64,000 bases of DNA from Dudresnaya verticillata (Eukaryota): contig OZ374560.1 of the NCBI GenBank assembly GCA_977862235.1, positions 558,001 to 622,000 of the forward strand, written 5' to 3'. The notes beneath the pieces are model-generated. The model did not search any database and was not told the origin of the DNA. It was given only the letters and a program-made list of their open reading frames with translations. Below, piece after piece: positions 48,023-61,900 of this stretch (positions are counted from its first letter, which is position 1; the number at the start of each line of letters is the position of its first letter). A program made the translations under genes and the position numbers.

Positions 48023-48835
48023 CCGATATGCTCAACGTTCGTCTTTGGGAGTTGGAACAAGCGACAAGCGAGGAGACCTTTCTAGGTATGATAAGCATCT
48101 TTGGAATAGGGCTTCAGCTCCCACGTACCAAAGCGGGCTGCCTGAAGAGGGATTAACCACGGGGAGAACCTGCTCCGCCTTTGCAATGTAACGCGCTGGG
48201 TAATGCCATTTCGATGAAGTGTCGCATGCATGGTAACTATAGTTGACCAATACGCCATATATCGAACGAAGGGACAAAGGAACATTGATTTTATGCCGCC
48301 AACTTGGTTTTTTAACATATTGCTGACGTCGAAGACCCAACGAGAGACTACACACCTCTAAGTTGTGAAATCCGGCATGGAGATCATTGGTGCGATTGCG
48401 GGTGCGCTTCTCGGTAAATATATCCACCACCCACCGCTCGGTCAACGATCGGGTAATGGCTTGGCTTCTACAGAGGTCAGGTCAAACTGGGTGTAAAATG
48501 TGGAAGTCCTAGTGACCATAAAACGCAAAGTCGTTGAAGCTCGACGGCTACATATGTGCCATGTGGATACGGATGGAAACCCCGCTTCCAAAAAGTGGCG
48601 GCAAGCTTCCAACCGGTCTGAGACACACTACGAAATCGCGAAGGCCTTACGAGCCATTCGAAATCACGAAGGAGGTTTAATTGGTGCACCTTGAGTGGTG
48701 AAAACTTCCCGATACAACTTACTATTCTTGGGAACCGCTGAAATAACTGTTTGGGCACTTGCTCGGACTGCTGGAGGATTTTCTCCACACGGCCTGTGAT
48801 CGGAGTCTGAAGTCTAAAGCGCAGAGCTCCCAAAC
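48023..48835 (+). pseudogene. Decayed integrase C-terminus and chromodomain of an E-like gypsy element
   Basis: VVEARRLH...HYEIAKALRAIR...LEW*KLPDTTYYSWEPLK*LFGHLLGLLEDFLHTA parallels the 3' end of element E pol. Confidence 0.7.
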
Positions 48836-48893
48836 AACTCTCAGTTTCAATTTAATATTTCCCGCTTCCCGTGGTGCGGCAAACCATGGGACC

Positions 48894-51800
48894 TGTCACG
48901 CTGGAACACTGATCGCATAGGGGCTTGACGCGCCAGTGTGGCATATGCGTGCTCTGCGAATTTGAAATGTATTTAAGCGGTCAAGACTTCCGGCGAAGCC
49001 ATTTGGTGCCCCGGCCTCCCCAAAATGAAAACGCGGTTTCATCGTAGAATAAGGCGTGGAAATCTTAGTTTGGCGATGGTATGCTTCCTTGTGATGGGTT
49101 CGGATAGTTTTAATTGAACGGTGTCCGGTGCTTCCTTTTCTAGAGGGCTCTTTTACTAGACCGGCTTGGTTAAATAGTAACTCAAGGAGTAAAACACCTT
49201 CAGGAGAAGCAAACTGACACTAAAGGTATGTAATTGCTAAGCGTAACCTACAGGGGATCATGGGTTAAACCGAGGTAGAATAAACAGATTCGAACCTATT
49301 ATGAATTCCATCCTGGTACACACCCCTTCTCAAAGAGCAAGGAGGCTTCGTGCTTTCTGAGCTATTTCATGCGGAGTATTCTAGCGATTCAGAAGTCGAA
49401 CCTGCATTTGCGGGACCTCTTCGTAGCCTTGACCTAATGGTTCCAGTATGTCCTCTGAAGTGGGTAATAATTTCCAGCGGACTAACACTATGAGGCCATC
49501 AGTGGTATCCACTAGCTTCATTAATCTGGCAATGGGCACACCGGTTTCGGATGAATGCACGTGTGACATGATTCCCGTTTTGTTAAGGGATGAATCACGA
49601 TAGAACTTGAGACGGCTTGCATGCATCCCGTCGAGTTAATCCTTATGGAGATCCTCAACTTCGAAAAACAAGATCACTTATCGCATTGATAACAATACGT
49701 GGGCCACGCCATCGTAGAGATAGCTTTTAACCAGCGACGAACTCTTCCCGAGGAACTAGCATATAGTCACCTTCAGTAAAGTTTGTAAGCTGACCTTTGG
49801 AAGTAGCTGTGCGTTGGCGTTCATGCATGCACCTTACGGTATCTTGAAGGATCGGATGCAACACGGCTACCCGGTCTTGTAACGATGTAGTATTCATCAG
49901 GCGTTATTGTTGTAAATCACTGAGTCATACCGGCTTGGGTGTTTCAGTGCGGAGGAAAGTACTGATTGGAGCCGTCTTTCGTGACCGAGAAAGGCAGTAA
50001 GAGCCGCTGCGTTTCCTCTTTTTGGGCTAGGTGTATTATCGAGAACACTCTGCACCAGGTTTAGAAGGTCAGGCCATTCTGTTAAACGCATTTGGAGTTC
50101 ATACATTACCGATCGGAATACACTTAGACGTTCTTGACTAGAAATTCAACTGCGCCATTAATCAACGAACTATATGGAAGCGTGATTTGATGAGGAACCT
50201 TAAGGTCTTTAGTGATCAACCTAACCGTTTCATTCTTGAAGTGAGTCGGTCCGTCTGACAATAACTCTTTATGTACACTGAAGGCGGCATACCAGTCGAT
50301 GATGGCAATAGCAGCATTTTCCGCAGAGGTATCCGAGAAGGAGAAGAACCGTTTGTAGTCTGAATGGTCGTCCCTAGTTCGTAGAACGCAATTTTCGCTT
50401 GTCTTGCTGGGACCCAACTTGATGTAGTCAAACTGCAATACGTCATTCGGCGCTGTACCATGGAAGGCTTGTTCTTTAATAAAGGTCTCTCTTTGTACCA
50501 TGGAAGGCTGGACCGAACGGGCAGGGTATCTTATCCCCTCCCACTCTCGAAAGAAAGTGAATACACGCACGAAAGAAGGTACAGACGTCCGTTGTGGCAG
50601 TGGACCAAAAGTAGTGGTGACGAAGAACCGAAATGGTAGAATCCCGGCCGCGGTTCCCACTGGGTCGGCTGTGTACGATGATGCACTACCGAAGCTGAAA
50701 GTCGCTCGCAGAGTCAGGGATCCAGATAGAACCTTGAGGGTTGCGCCAAACCTTGTGTACTGAACGCAGCTGGTGAGGGCGCTTTACCGTGCACGCGTTC
50801 TGCGCGTCAACTAATGGGGAACGATTAGGCCATTCAAAGTCGGCATTAGCGGAAGACGGTGGCTCGGGAATATGAACTAGGCTACAAATGGTGACCGGAG
50901 CAGACCAAAGACCAAGAAGGTCAGCCCAGTCGTTGTCGGGACCCCTAATGAGGAAACAAGAATAGTTTTAATCGCTTAAGCGTACAACCCAACATATAAA
51001 CTTACGAGCGGTAGTCTGGGGCAGGTCGGGGGCTACCGAGAGGGGAGCAAATAGGAAGATCGGATCATTGTGATCCGTGCACGGGTTCAAACCGTGTGAG
51101 GAGCTGTGAGCTAGAGTGAACGCGTCAGTGAACAAACGGCCGCGTAGGCTTCCCTTTCCAGAGTGGACCAACCCATTTGGGTCTTGTTGAAACGACCTGA
51201 TAGGAATACCAAAGTTTCATGGGTGCGTTCCTCGGGTGGTAGCGGAAGGTCCGAGAGGGGAATGCGAGTCAGGATAACAGACCATACGGTATCGGAAGCA
51301 TCCATATAAACCCAAAGGTGTTTGTAGTTGCGATTGCCAAGGCGAACCTGATGGGCGAGAGCTTTCTTACATCTTTCAAAGGTATCCGTAAGTTGGTTAC
51401 TACAGCCGAATGTAGAAAGGTACAACCGTTCGACCGATAGTTTCGGTCTCTTACTGTGGCATAGCTGTAAGACCAGATTTGCCACACATGCACAGCTGTA
51501 AGACCAGCTGCGCCACTTGTACCACTCTGTGCGCACGCTGTCAGCCGGTGGCGTCGAAACCCCGCTGAAGCTGTAAGGAAGTGCACTGCGGGGCCCATGC
51601 GTACGCGTGTACGCGTGTGACAATGACACTGCCCTGTAATTTCTACGTTTATTTTTTGCGTGTACAGTGTAGTCAAAATTAAGCGGCGGTCGAATTCCTT
51701 GCTGTCCCGCGCGCCGTGCCGCACACGGTGCACGGCGCCCGCCCACTCCGGCATGGAGCAGTTGGGCGCGCGGCGGACAGTTACGCCACGCCCGCGCTCC

Positions 51801-54365
51801 CGGGTAGCCGTGACCAGTACGTATCGAAACGTGTTGGGGTGCACTGGTACACCTCCCGCGTTGGTGCCGCCGCGTCCTGTAGCTAATCTACTTAATGATA
51901 GGCGCGAGCCTTGGCTAAGTAATAACAACAAGCGACCGGCCTACGCTAGTGCTTGACGATTTCTCTTCTTGTTCTTTCCCGGTTTCCTTCGCCGTACGGT
52001 CTCCCTTTTCCCTCAACCGTCGGCTTTGTGCTGCCCCACGACGGGAACACCGGGATTCGGCCGCTACCGCCCGCGTACGGTACGCCCTGTGCGCGCTGAG
52101 GCTTCGACACCGCGAGATCCACGACCGTCAACCGCACGCATGGCAAACACCACCGCTCTACCACAGCTTCCACCTACCACCCTTCGATGGGTCTGGGTGC
52201 GACTGAGCGACCAGTCCAGCTAGATGTCAGTTCGACCTGGCATACATGCCCCATTTACCAGCATGATTGTATTAACTGCATGATTTCATGCAGTAGTTGC
52301 CACTAGTGTTGCAAAATTAGGAATAAAACTTCGGACCCACTGTAGAGCACAAAGGAACTGTTGAAGGTGTGCCCCAGTAGTAGGAAGAGCCATATGAAGG
52401 AGATAATTAAGTTGGGACGGATCGTACCGAATACTTGTGCTTGAAATGAGGCTGTCGCACCAGCGAATGGCTGTGGCGAAGAGGGCACACTTCGTAGGGT
52501 GCCGTTTCAGATTGTACTGTGCGAAGATTCTGCAAAGCTGCCTAATGGAATCGAATAAACATGAAACGGAGGTGGACCAGTACATCGTCCAACCAGCGGA
52601 GAGCCTTGCTCGGTAACCTTGGAGGCAATATTGTAGCCACGGAAGACTGTAAATGAGTCACCACGCTAGTAGTACCATATAGCACGCGTGTGGGCGAGAA
52701 TATTCCATCGGCATTAATAGAAGACTGCATGGCTTGATACTTGGGAGCCAATTCGAGTCGCCAAAAGCCGTACGAGCAATCGAAAATTGCATATACCTTG
52801 GAGGTGACCACCTGTGTAAGTTCGAGTTCCAAGTTCGGCATCGGGTATTGATTTTTCATGCTGAACTTGTTCACTGGACGTAAGGAAACCGTAAAACGGT
52901 ATCCCGGAGGACTAGGTTTGGGAAGAAGTAGTGGTGCACATGCCCAGGGTGATGTGGGGTTCGGATAAGCCAGACCTTGGCGGATTATTTCAGACAAAAA
53001 CTTTTCCAGGAAAACACGTTGCCTCTGAGAGTAATTCCTGAGACGAACCTTGACAGGGCGAGCGTCAGAGGTAATCTAAACTATGAGAGGAGCAATATTT
53101 TCAAGTGGACCAGAATAATCTAGTGCAGAAGATATTTTTGTGTTCGTCCACAACTTGCAAGTTGTACCATGGTACAGTGCCGCTTCGGAGTCGCGGGGTA
53201 GGCTTGCCTGAACAGAAGACTATTTCATAGCCTCTATGCCAACCTTAATAGTGCCATGTTGTTAGCTGTCCAAGGAATCAAGCAATGACGGGTCAAAAAG
53301 GGATTCAGCTGGCTCCTGGTATGGTAAAAATTGACTTGCGGGCGTTCCACGTGGGCATCATCTCGAGAGAATGTTGTGCTCGATGGACCAGATTCAGTAA
53401 CTCGATTGAGTCTCGATATCATCGTCCTGTTGACTGCACCACTTCGATTGTCCTCTCGTCGGGATTCCGACGCTGGAACAATCTGCGCCGTCCAATTCAG
53501 AACGGTTGGTATCCAATAAGGTTCTCATGTCGACCTATATGTGCTGCAGTACCGGGAGACTGATTAGTAAGTTCTCACAGGTAAGCGCATCATAAGAAAC
53601 TAAGACATTTACGTTCACGAGAGCAAGCGGCCGGAAGAGAGATGTATAACTGCCCTTGGAGGTGTTCACGATCGGGAGAACGAAAACTGCTGACTGTCTT
53701 CGCCAGATTTGAGAGCGTCTCTCAACCTAATAGGTTTGATATCAGTCCTCTTACCAACTCCTTGGAGTACTACTATTTCAGTAACCTCTCGGGATACCAG
53801 AACGCAATCACTACCATCATCTGTACGACCAGAAGAGGTTAGCGAGACGGTACCATCCGATAAGTTTACCTTGCAGGATGGATGCTCTGGAGATTTTTGA
53901 ACGGAAGGGAGTGAAGTTTTAGTTATGAAACGTCCCGTTGTTGGCGGTTTAGAATCCATTTTGGATGAATATGTAATAGGCTTTGGATTCGTAGAACCAG
54001 TTTGGCTACGTGTGGACCGTTATAGACCATCGCGCGCTTTAGTGTTTTTCAGGTCGTCATAGATCTTGGACATTTCCTCTGCGGTAGAGTCTGAACAGTC
54101 CTTGATGAGGTGTTTTAGGCCCTTCGAGTAACAGGGACCAAAAGGGCAAAGTGGTAGACTGCGTTGAGTTCTGATACCTTCGGAGGTCAATTCCGTAAAG
54201 GTAGACTTGCCGAGTTGTCTCCTCAACGGTTCGGTTTGTGGGATTTTGATCCTTGGGTTTTCTTCTTCGGACCTTGGTCAACCAGCGCAAATCTTTAAGG
54301 TTTTCTTCATAAAATATTTGAAGTCCTTCAGCTGAAGCTCATGGTTTGCAAAATGCGGGGAAAAT
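48894..54365 (-). mobile_element. Decayed gypsy element G (WLDD-type RT, chromodomain), with probable 3' LTR at 48894-49320
   Basis: Minus-strand PPT gagaaggggtg before TGTACC at 49320. Chromodomain VLVRWKLLPTSEDILEPL. Integrase LQFDY, LSDGPTHF. RT WACAPLL, YRFTVSLRPVN, RWLDDV. Protease TDDGSD. gag is cut by the insertion at 54366. Confidence 0.85.
51455..52253 (+). mobile_element. Solo LTR, family F (second copy), inside pol of element G
   Basis: Starts TGTGGCATAG and ends ...ATGCCCCA. TSD cttac / tttac. Homologous to 33277-34084 in the opposite orientation. Confidence 0.85.
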
Positions 54366-55362
54366 TGTAACATGTTTCGGAGCCTTCTTGGGCGGATAGC
54401 CGACAAAATGTGTGCAACTGTGGTGAAGGGAGCCGCGGCGCATTGCGGACATCGTGCCGAGGACGACCCAACGGTAACGGATGATCTGGCGTCAGCGCGC
54501 CAGTGCCGCTACCAAAGGGCCTGACGCTGGAGCGAGCTGACAATGGACACCCGTGTCGGTGTTGTGCATATTGCTGTTCGCCGGGTTGCATTGCTGTGAA
54601 GGAATGGGGCGCAACAACCGTTTCGGAGTACTTGCAGTGTTCATTTATAATTTTAATGGGTCCTAGTACAGTTTGTAGAGTAGAACGCCAGCCAAAGAGA
54701 ATGCTGCGCATGTCCGTTTCGGAGATTGGGATCAGCAGTGCCAATTGCATCATTGGTCTAGACTATTAGGGTCTGACCCACACGGATCGGACCGCCCGGG
54801 CCACGCCAACTTGTATGCTAGGACGGCACCCCAACGGCTCCTAAGACAAACGGGAAAGCAACCCTTGAGCCCCAATCCCATTGTGTCTCTCTTCTTTACG
54901 GGTTTACTGGCGCTGATGTGGTGAAGTGAGGCCTGGCGCATTGCGGGCGGAGCGGGCGGAGCGCCGACGACGACCCAACCGTAACGCATAACCTGGCGCC
55001 TTGGCGCCTTGGCGCCAGTGCCGTTAACGAAGCGGACCGACGCTGGAGTCGGCGACACGATGATAATCTAGCAACGTGTACCCGTATCGGTGTGAATTAT
55101 TGTACAGAAGTGGGGCGCACCAACCGTAACGGTATACTTGTAGTCTTTATTTATAGTTTTTAGTGGGTCCGTTTACAGTGTGTAGAGAAGTGCGCCAGCC
55201 AATGAGAATGCTGCGAATCTCCGTGTCGTAGATTGGGACCAGCAGGGCCGATTACACCACGGGGCCAAACCATTAGGGTCTGACCCACACGGACCAGACT
55301 GCTCGGTGCCACCCTGATTTGTCTATCGGACGGCACTGTAGCTTCTCCTAAGGTCAACAGGC
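54366..55362 (-). repeat. H-family LTR-like sequence with a diverged ~0.5-kb tandem duplication, interrupted by element B
   Basis: Copies start tgtggtgaag at ~54419 and ~54917. Both share gagaatgctgcg...gattggga.cagca...tagggtctgacccacacgga, which also matches ~38100-38200. TATA-like motifs are on the minus strand. Confidence 0.65.
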
Positions 55363-56243
55363 TGTGGCGCACGGGGGGCCGAGCTTTTTTCCTCGCCATG
55401 GGCGTCAAGGGCCTCGTCGACCGACGGACGGTCACCTGAAACGGCTCATTCGCCGTTGGCGCGAATACGTCATCGACAATTGGCCTACGAACGCGTGGGA
55501 GCCACGACCCCGCGCCGCGCACGCCGATGCACTGTACGGCGCATAGCTGTAGAGCGGATCCTGATGATGCATCGGGATCAACGAGGTGTAAGCGGAATGA
55601 CTGTCAATTTGGCCCGGATCCCGGTTGAAACCGGATCCGACAGCCGGATCGGACATCGGAATCCACTGTAAGGGAAACACGCCTGTAAGACGGTGCCAAT
55701 CGCGATCCGAATCCGGATCGCCTATAGTGCCGCACAGGCGCGTCTCTGTAAGACGCATGCGCCGGCGTAGAGCGGCTGCATTGTCCCGGGACCTGTCAGA
55801 CGCACCTCCGTGCCACACGCGTCCCGGGTTCCCGCGCACTACGTCATGCCGCCGCCGCGCCGCAGCCCCATAGCATTAATTAGGTATCTCGTCTAGGACG
55901 TAGCAGTAAAGCCCCGGCAAGCCGGTTTGAGTCTAGACTTCCCTTCCGGGACAGCGCGCACCCTACCGCTGCCCGGAAGCATAAGCGTCTACCTCGCCGT
56001 GTTTCCACGTTCATAACCGTTGCTAACTTGTTTTCCTCTGGGTTTCTTTGCCCCTTTTCTCTCTCGCTCGCCTTGGGTCTTTACAGTCCGCCCGAGGTGT
56101 GTTCAACCTGATCTACCAAGTTCGCAACCAGCGGCTACCCACCGGGCTCCCGAACGGCCCGGAGGTGTTAGGTGTTTTCCGTCTCTAGACGACGTTTGCA
56201 CGACAACTGACGTTTACACGACAACTGACGTTTGCACGACAAC

Positions 56244-56255
56244 TGGTCTCCCGAC
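56244..56255 (+). promoter_or_regulatory. Primer-binding site TGGTCTCCCGAC (probably tRNA-Tyr)
   Basis: TGG lies two bases after the LTR-terminal CA. The complement ...GUCGGGAGACCA resembles tRNA-Tyr 3' ends (yeast ...GGGAGACCA). Element A has a degenerate copy. Confidence 0.7.
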
Positions 56256-56367
56256 TTAGAAACTGCTACGTTTCTACGAACTTTAACGTCTGTGAGACGA
56301 TCGCTCAACCGTCACTCTGACGTTCTGCCTATCGTTCACGACGTTCGCCTACTTCTTCGAAACCATT

Positions 56368-58914
56368 ATGGGTCCACCGCGACCGCCGTTATCGCGTGGA
56401 TCCTCCCGACGCCTGTCTTCGACGCCTGGCACCATGCCACCGTCGGGACCGGCCCAACCCATGACGACACGATCTGGTCCTCACGTCAGTCCGGAGATCG
56501 CCTCAGCCTTTACGGCACCGCCAGACCATGACGTGTCACACGCTTCGCTAAACAGCGGAGAACCTGCTCCCCTGCCGAATCCGATCGTCGTTCCTACTTC
56601 AGTCCCGGAAGGCTCCGCCCTCCGTACCTACCACACTTGAATTGACTCCGCCGACACCGTCCAGGCGGAGCAGCAACGCGTCGTAGACGGAACACAAGCC
56701 GGCCTTGCCGAGGAACAGAAACCAACCCCGGCTTCACAGCCACAACAACTACCAACCGGAAACGTCGAAGACGATGGCAGACGTTTAGCGCCTTGGACGT
56801 CATCGACGATTCCCTACCTGCGAGGGACTGTTGCCCCATTCCTCACGGCAGTGCCGAATGTTCTCGGGCAGAACCGTCTGGTCAACGTGGCAACGCAGAA
56901 ACGTCACCGGTGCGGCAAAGCCCGGTGAGACAAAGTCCAACGCGACCGTCGCCCGCAGCTTCTCCTGCGTCCGCTCGCGTGGGTAATCTCACGATTCCCC
57001 GCGACCGTATTCGAGAAGTTTGCGTCATTGAGGACGATGCGTTGTTAGCGCGATTCGCCGAGATGCTCGACAACAGTTTCGGGGGAATCTGTAGCCGCCT
57101 ACAGACGTTAGAGGAGGGTCGAGACGGAGCCCTACAGGGGTTACGAACTGACCTCGACCGTCTGATAACGAACCCAGGTACCAACGCCAAACAACCCGCC
57201 ACAGTAAAGATCAACTGGCAGTCCGAACTGAGTTCGAGCGAACGTTTCAATCGGCTAGCGGCTCGTTTGGAACGATTGGAAACCGCCAAGTTGCGTCAAG
57301 GACAACCACCATAGTCTGAGGACGAAAGCGACGACGAAGATCGTTGCCGCCGTACAAACCGCAAGTATCGCGACCAACGAAAGAAACGCCACGGGCGAAA
57401 GAAGAAACGTCGACGACGTCACGGGGATTCCTCATCTTCCTCCGACTCGTCGAGCGACGGAGAGTCGTCGGGTACTTCAACGGATGCCGAAGAGTACCCA
57501 ACCCACGGCGGGGCTCTCAGGCCACGCGGCAAACGGTTCAAAGGGTTGAAGAACCTACGTCCCTCCAACCCCCTCTTCGATAAACTCTGTCGTATCGTAG
57601 TTACCGTGTAGCAGACGTCGGGCAAAAACCTTCCGGACGCGAAACAGGGAGGGTCAAGGACCACATCAAACGTCTGGAGTTGACGATGAAGGACGCTGCC
57701 TTCACGGGCGATGATCCGGTCCTGATCCTTGAGTTCCTTACGCGCTTCGCGGATGAGGCCGATGCGCTTGAAATGGGCGAAGCCCAAGCGTTCATAGCGT
57801 TGCCATACTTCTTACGAGGTGCGGCGTCAACACAGTTCCGATCCGTCAAGTCGACGTCAACACGCCATCGAGGCGGAGTCTCTTCGTACCCGGAGGCGGT
57901 GCAATACCTCCTCCGTACGTATGCAACGCCCTCGGCGATTCGATCCGCCGTACTGGCGTTACGTTCGACAACGCAGAAACGGATCGAAGATGAAACTTCC
58001 TACGGCATGTGACTCGCTGGAGCGTGTATCCGTTGCGGGAACGTATACCCTGACTGGGAGAAAATGACCCTATTCATCGACGGACTCGACCCGTCGATAC
58101 GATCGCTGGTCGCCCGTTTTCGCGAAGAAACGCCAAGGACGGAGCTGTCGTTCGAAAGATTGGTACACTTCGCACAAGACGAGGGCGACGCGCACCGCGC
58201 ACGACACGGCAGGGCCGGACAGACGTCCGTGTGGCAGGATATATTGGTGCCGGCACAAGCCGCTCGCAACGTACGAACCGCTGTCGCGGTCAACCGTCAA
58301 GTGCCGAAGAGTCCGAATCCGGCGGCGCGCGCCATGCTGGCGGAGGCGTTCGTCGAATTCCGAGACGTTAGCGACCGCGACGATGATGTCGAAACGCACG
58401 ACGATGGCGACTTGTACCTGGCCGACGAATAACTCTCGATACCAACTTCGGCACTGCCGACGAGACAGTTGCGTCGAAGACGAAGGGGAAGTGGACCCCG
58501 CTCTCGCCTTTGGGCGTCCAAACGTACCCGCGCCCCGCGTACCCTATTCGGAATATGCTCCGCACGTCCACCAGGCAAGGCCCGGGTGGCAGACCCGAGG
58601 TCCACCTCGTCAAGACATACGCCGACAACTCATTTTCCAGCAGTGCTACGCACGGGGTCACTTCGGGCCGGAATGCTTCCTAGGAATGAGTGCCTTTTTG
58701 AAGGTCGTCGCCAACTACGAGGGCCTGACGGAGATCGAGAGGAACGGAGTACCAGACGATACGTATAACCGTTGTAAGGAACAAGCCACGAAAGAAGCGG
58801 CTCGTCGCACGCTCATTATCGCCAAGGGCGGGATTGGCACCGCGTGCAGCCGGACGCCACCCGACGATGCTAAACCGCTACATAGCGCAACCACCGCCGG
58901 AGGCAAAAAACTAA
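56368..58914 (+). pseudogene. gag of element B, interrupted by stops and frameshifts
   Basis: FTGDDPVLILEFLTRF...FIALPYFL, FIDGLDPSIR and a degenerate knuckle FQQCYARGHFGPEC. The start position is approximate. Confidence 0.8.
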
Positions 58915-61900
58915 TCCGGGCAGCGACTCCTGACACTGGGGTATCACACCCAAACGAGAGGCCCCCGCCTCGGGTGTTGAATCGGAAGGAGGGCCCGAAG
59001 CCACTTAAGGAAGACGCCGAAGGTCGAATAGAACCGTCACAGACGTCATTGAAACGCCCATGGCGTAGGTACCAGCCCCCGAAAGGGCGGGGACAGTTGT
59101 TCGTAATGGCCAAGAGAAATTATAAGGTGTACGCCGACTTGGGCACCACCACCAATACCTTGGCCTGTAAACGTACTATCCTCGACACCGGGGCTGGTCC
59201 CAACTTCATCCGCATTAACGAGATCCCGCTAGAAGCGCGTTCGCAAATTGTCGCCAAACGTCTGCCCGTCATTTCCGACGCCAATAACAAGGCAATACAG
59301 ACGCGTGGAACCATCGATTGGGTCGTACGTCTCGGACGACGGGTCGTTAAATTGGAATTAATCGTTTGTGAACGGCTCGCTGCGCCGGTCATCCTCGGTT
59401 GCGACTTTTGTGACCGCTTTGTCGAAGCAATATATCCGCGAAGTCGCGAGGTTGAATTGGACGACGGGACCCGAGTCCCGATCACATGTCGTCCGCTTCG
59501 CCGACCGCCGTCGTATCCGCCGTTACCACCAGAGCAAGCGTACGGCCAGGCCGGAGGGAGGACTTCACCCAAGATTCGTTCAACCGGACGTACAATCATC
59601 CCGCCTCAGGCGCAGAAGTGGGTCTCCGTAACCACGGAACGTTCCGGAGTAATCGCGATTCAGCCATTCGTAATGATGTACGATCGGCAAGGCATGCTCG
59701 TTACAAACGGTATCGCCCAAGTGGAGCCGCTCAAAGCGTTCCGCATCCTAGTTGCCAATGTTTCGCCTCGGGCTCAAGCGCTCGCAAAATGGCAGGTCGT
59801 TGCCATGGCTTTATCCCATCCAACAGCAGTGTTCCCCAGTCACATAAGCCTGGCTGATATATTAGGTATCGCCGAAGACCAAGCGCAGGATGAGGAAGCC
59901 AAGCAAGACTTTCGTTTCAAAACGAACGATGGCGTCGCGGCACAGCCGGATACTAAGTCTATCGAAGCGACGGTCGCCAAGCCTCCGTCCGTTGAGGACT
60001 TAGACTTGAGTCATCTGTCCGCGGAGCATCAAGGCCGGTTGAAGGAGATGCTGCGCCGATATTCGTCGATGTGGGACGGCTCACTAGGAGAAATAGCGAC
60101 CACGGAGCACTATATCGACTTGCTCCCCGGCTCTCACCCGATCTGCTCACCGCCATATCGTGCGGGTCCGAAACAACGGCACCTCGCTCAAGCGGAGGTC
60201 GATCGCATGTTGCGTCAAGGGGTTATCGAACCCGCACAATCGCCTTGGGCGTCACCAATCGTCTTCGCCCCGAAGAAGGACGGTACTATTCGCTTTTGCG
60301 TAGATTATCGTCGACTGAACGCAGTAACCGTACGGGATACGTATACGTTACTACGTATTGACGAATGCATCGACAGTCTAGGGGATGCCAACGTCTTCAA
60401 CACCCTAGACTGTAATAGCGGGTACTGGCAGGTACCAATCGCTCCACGGGATCGCGACAAGACGGCCTTCACGTGCCACGCCGGTCTCTTCGGCTATAAG
60501 TGTATGCCTTTCGGTTTGACCAAGGCCCCGGCCACGTTTCAACGGACCCTCGATATATTACTCGGCGGATATAAGTGGCGTTCGTGCCTCGTCTATTTGG
60601 ACGACGTTATTATCTTTTCCATGGACGTTGACACGCACTTCCATCACGTTGACGAGATTCTTTCAACTCTCCACCGAGCCGGGGTCACTTTGAAGCTGGC
60701 CAAGTGGGACTTCTTCATCCCTACTGTCAATTACCTGGGACACGTGATATGTCCAGGACGATTCGAAGTCGACCGAACGGTTACCGCCGCATTACGCGAA
60801 GCCAAGCACCCGCGGGACCAGAAGGAGCTACGCAGCTTCCTCGGGTTGTGTAACGTCTATAGGCGATTTGTGTCGCGTTACGTGCATGTCGCTGCGCCCC
60901 TCAATAAGTTGCTCCGAAAGGAGCAAGAGTTCACGCTACCAACCTTTGAGGAAATGCAAGCGGCCGCGTTCGACACTCTCTTCGAGGCCGTAACCAGTCC
61001 GCCGGTATTGGCGGTACCACAGCCAGGCTTGCAATACTCCGTCGATTGTGACGCTAGCGACTACCAAGTTGGATGCGCTCTCTTCCAGACGCAACACAAT
61101 GGGGAACGGAAGCCACTCGGTTCCTGGTCGCGTTCGCTTACCGCTCCAGAGCGTAATTATTCTGTCTCCGAGAAGGAGAGCCTGGCGGTAGTGTGGTCCG
61201 TTACAACGTTGCGTCCGTATCTCCAGATGGAGTCGTTCACCGTACATACGGACTACTCTTCGCTGGGGTGGCTGATGGAAATAAGTGACCCCTCGGGACG
61301 TTTGATGAGATGGCGGCTGCGTCTCTCGGAATTCGACTTCGTCGTTAAGTACAACAAGGGTTACTTGAATACCCAGGCTTACGCCCTTTCGCGTCTACAG
61401 ACGAATGGCGAGACGGTTGAACCGATCGACGAAGATGTTCCGTGCTCCCATGGGGGACACGTCGAGGACGAACATCAGACGTCAACCGACGGTGATGGTG
61501 CGACCGGCGCCGAAGGCGAAGTCGACTTCGAGGAAAGGGAGTTCGAAGCGTTTGACCGGCTGCTAGTCGCAAGCGCGCCTTCACCGGACGAGGTGCTCCT
61601 ACGTCAGGTGAGGCACGAGGAACTGATCGATGCTCAAGCCAACGACGAGTACTGTACTGGAATTCGGAAGCGTGTCGATGACGGAGAGTCGATACCGTTC
61701 GCGATGGACGAACAAGGACGACTCATACGAACCGTGGAGGTCCGACCACAGGTCGTTGTGCCATTCGCGTTACGCGCACGCTTCCTGCACCTCAGGCATT
61801 ACGCTAAGTTAGCGGCACACCCCGGAGGGAGGAAGTTGTATCATACACTCCGACGCGAATTCAATTGGCCGTCCATGACGACAGATTGTTACACAACTGT

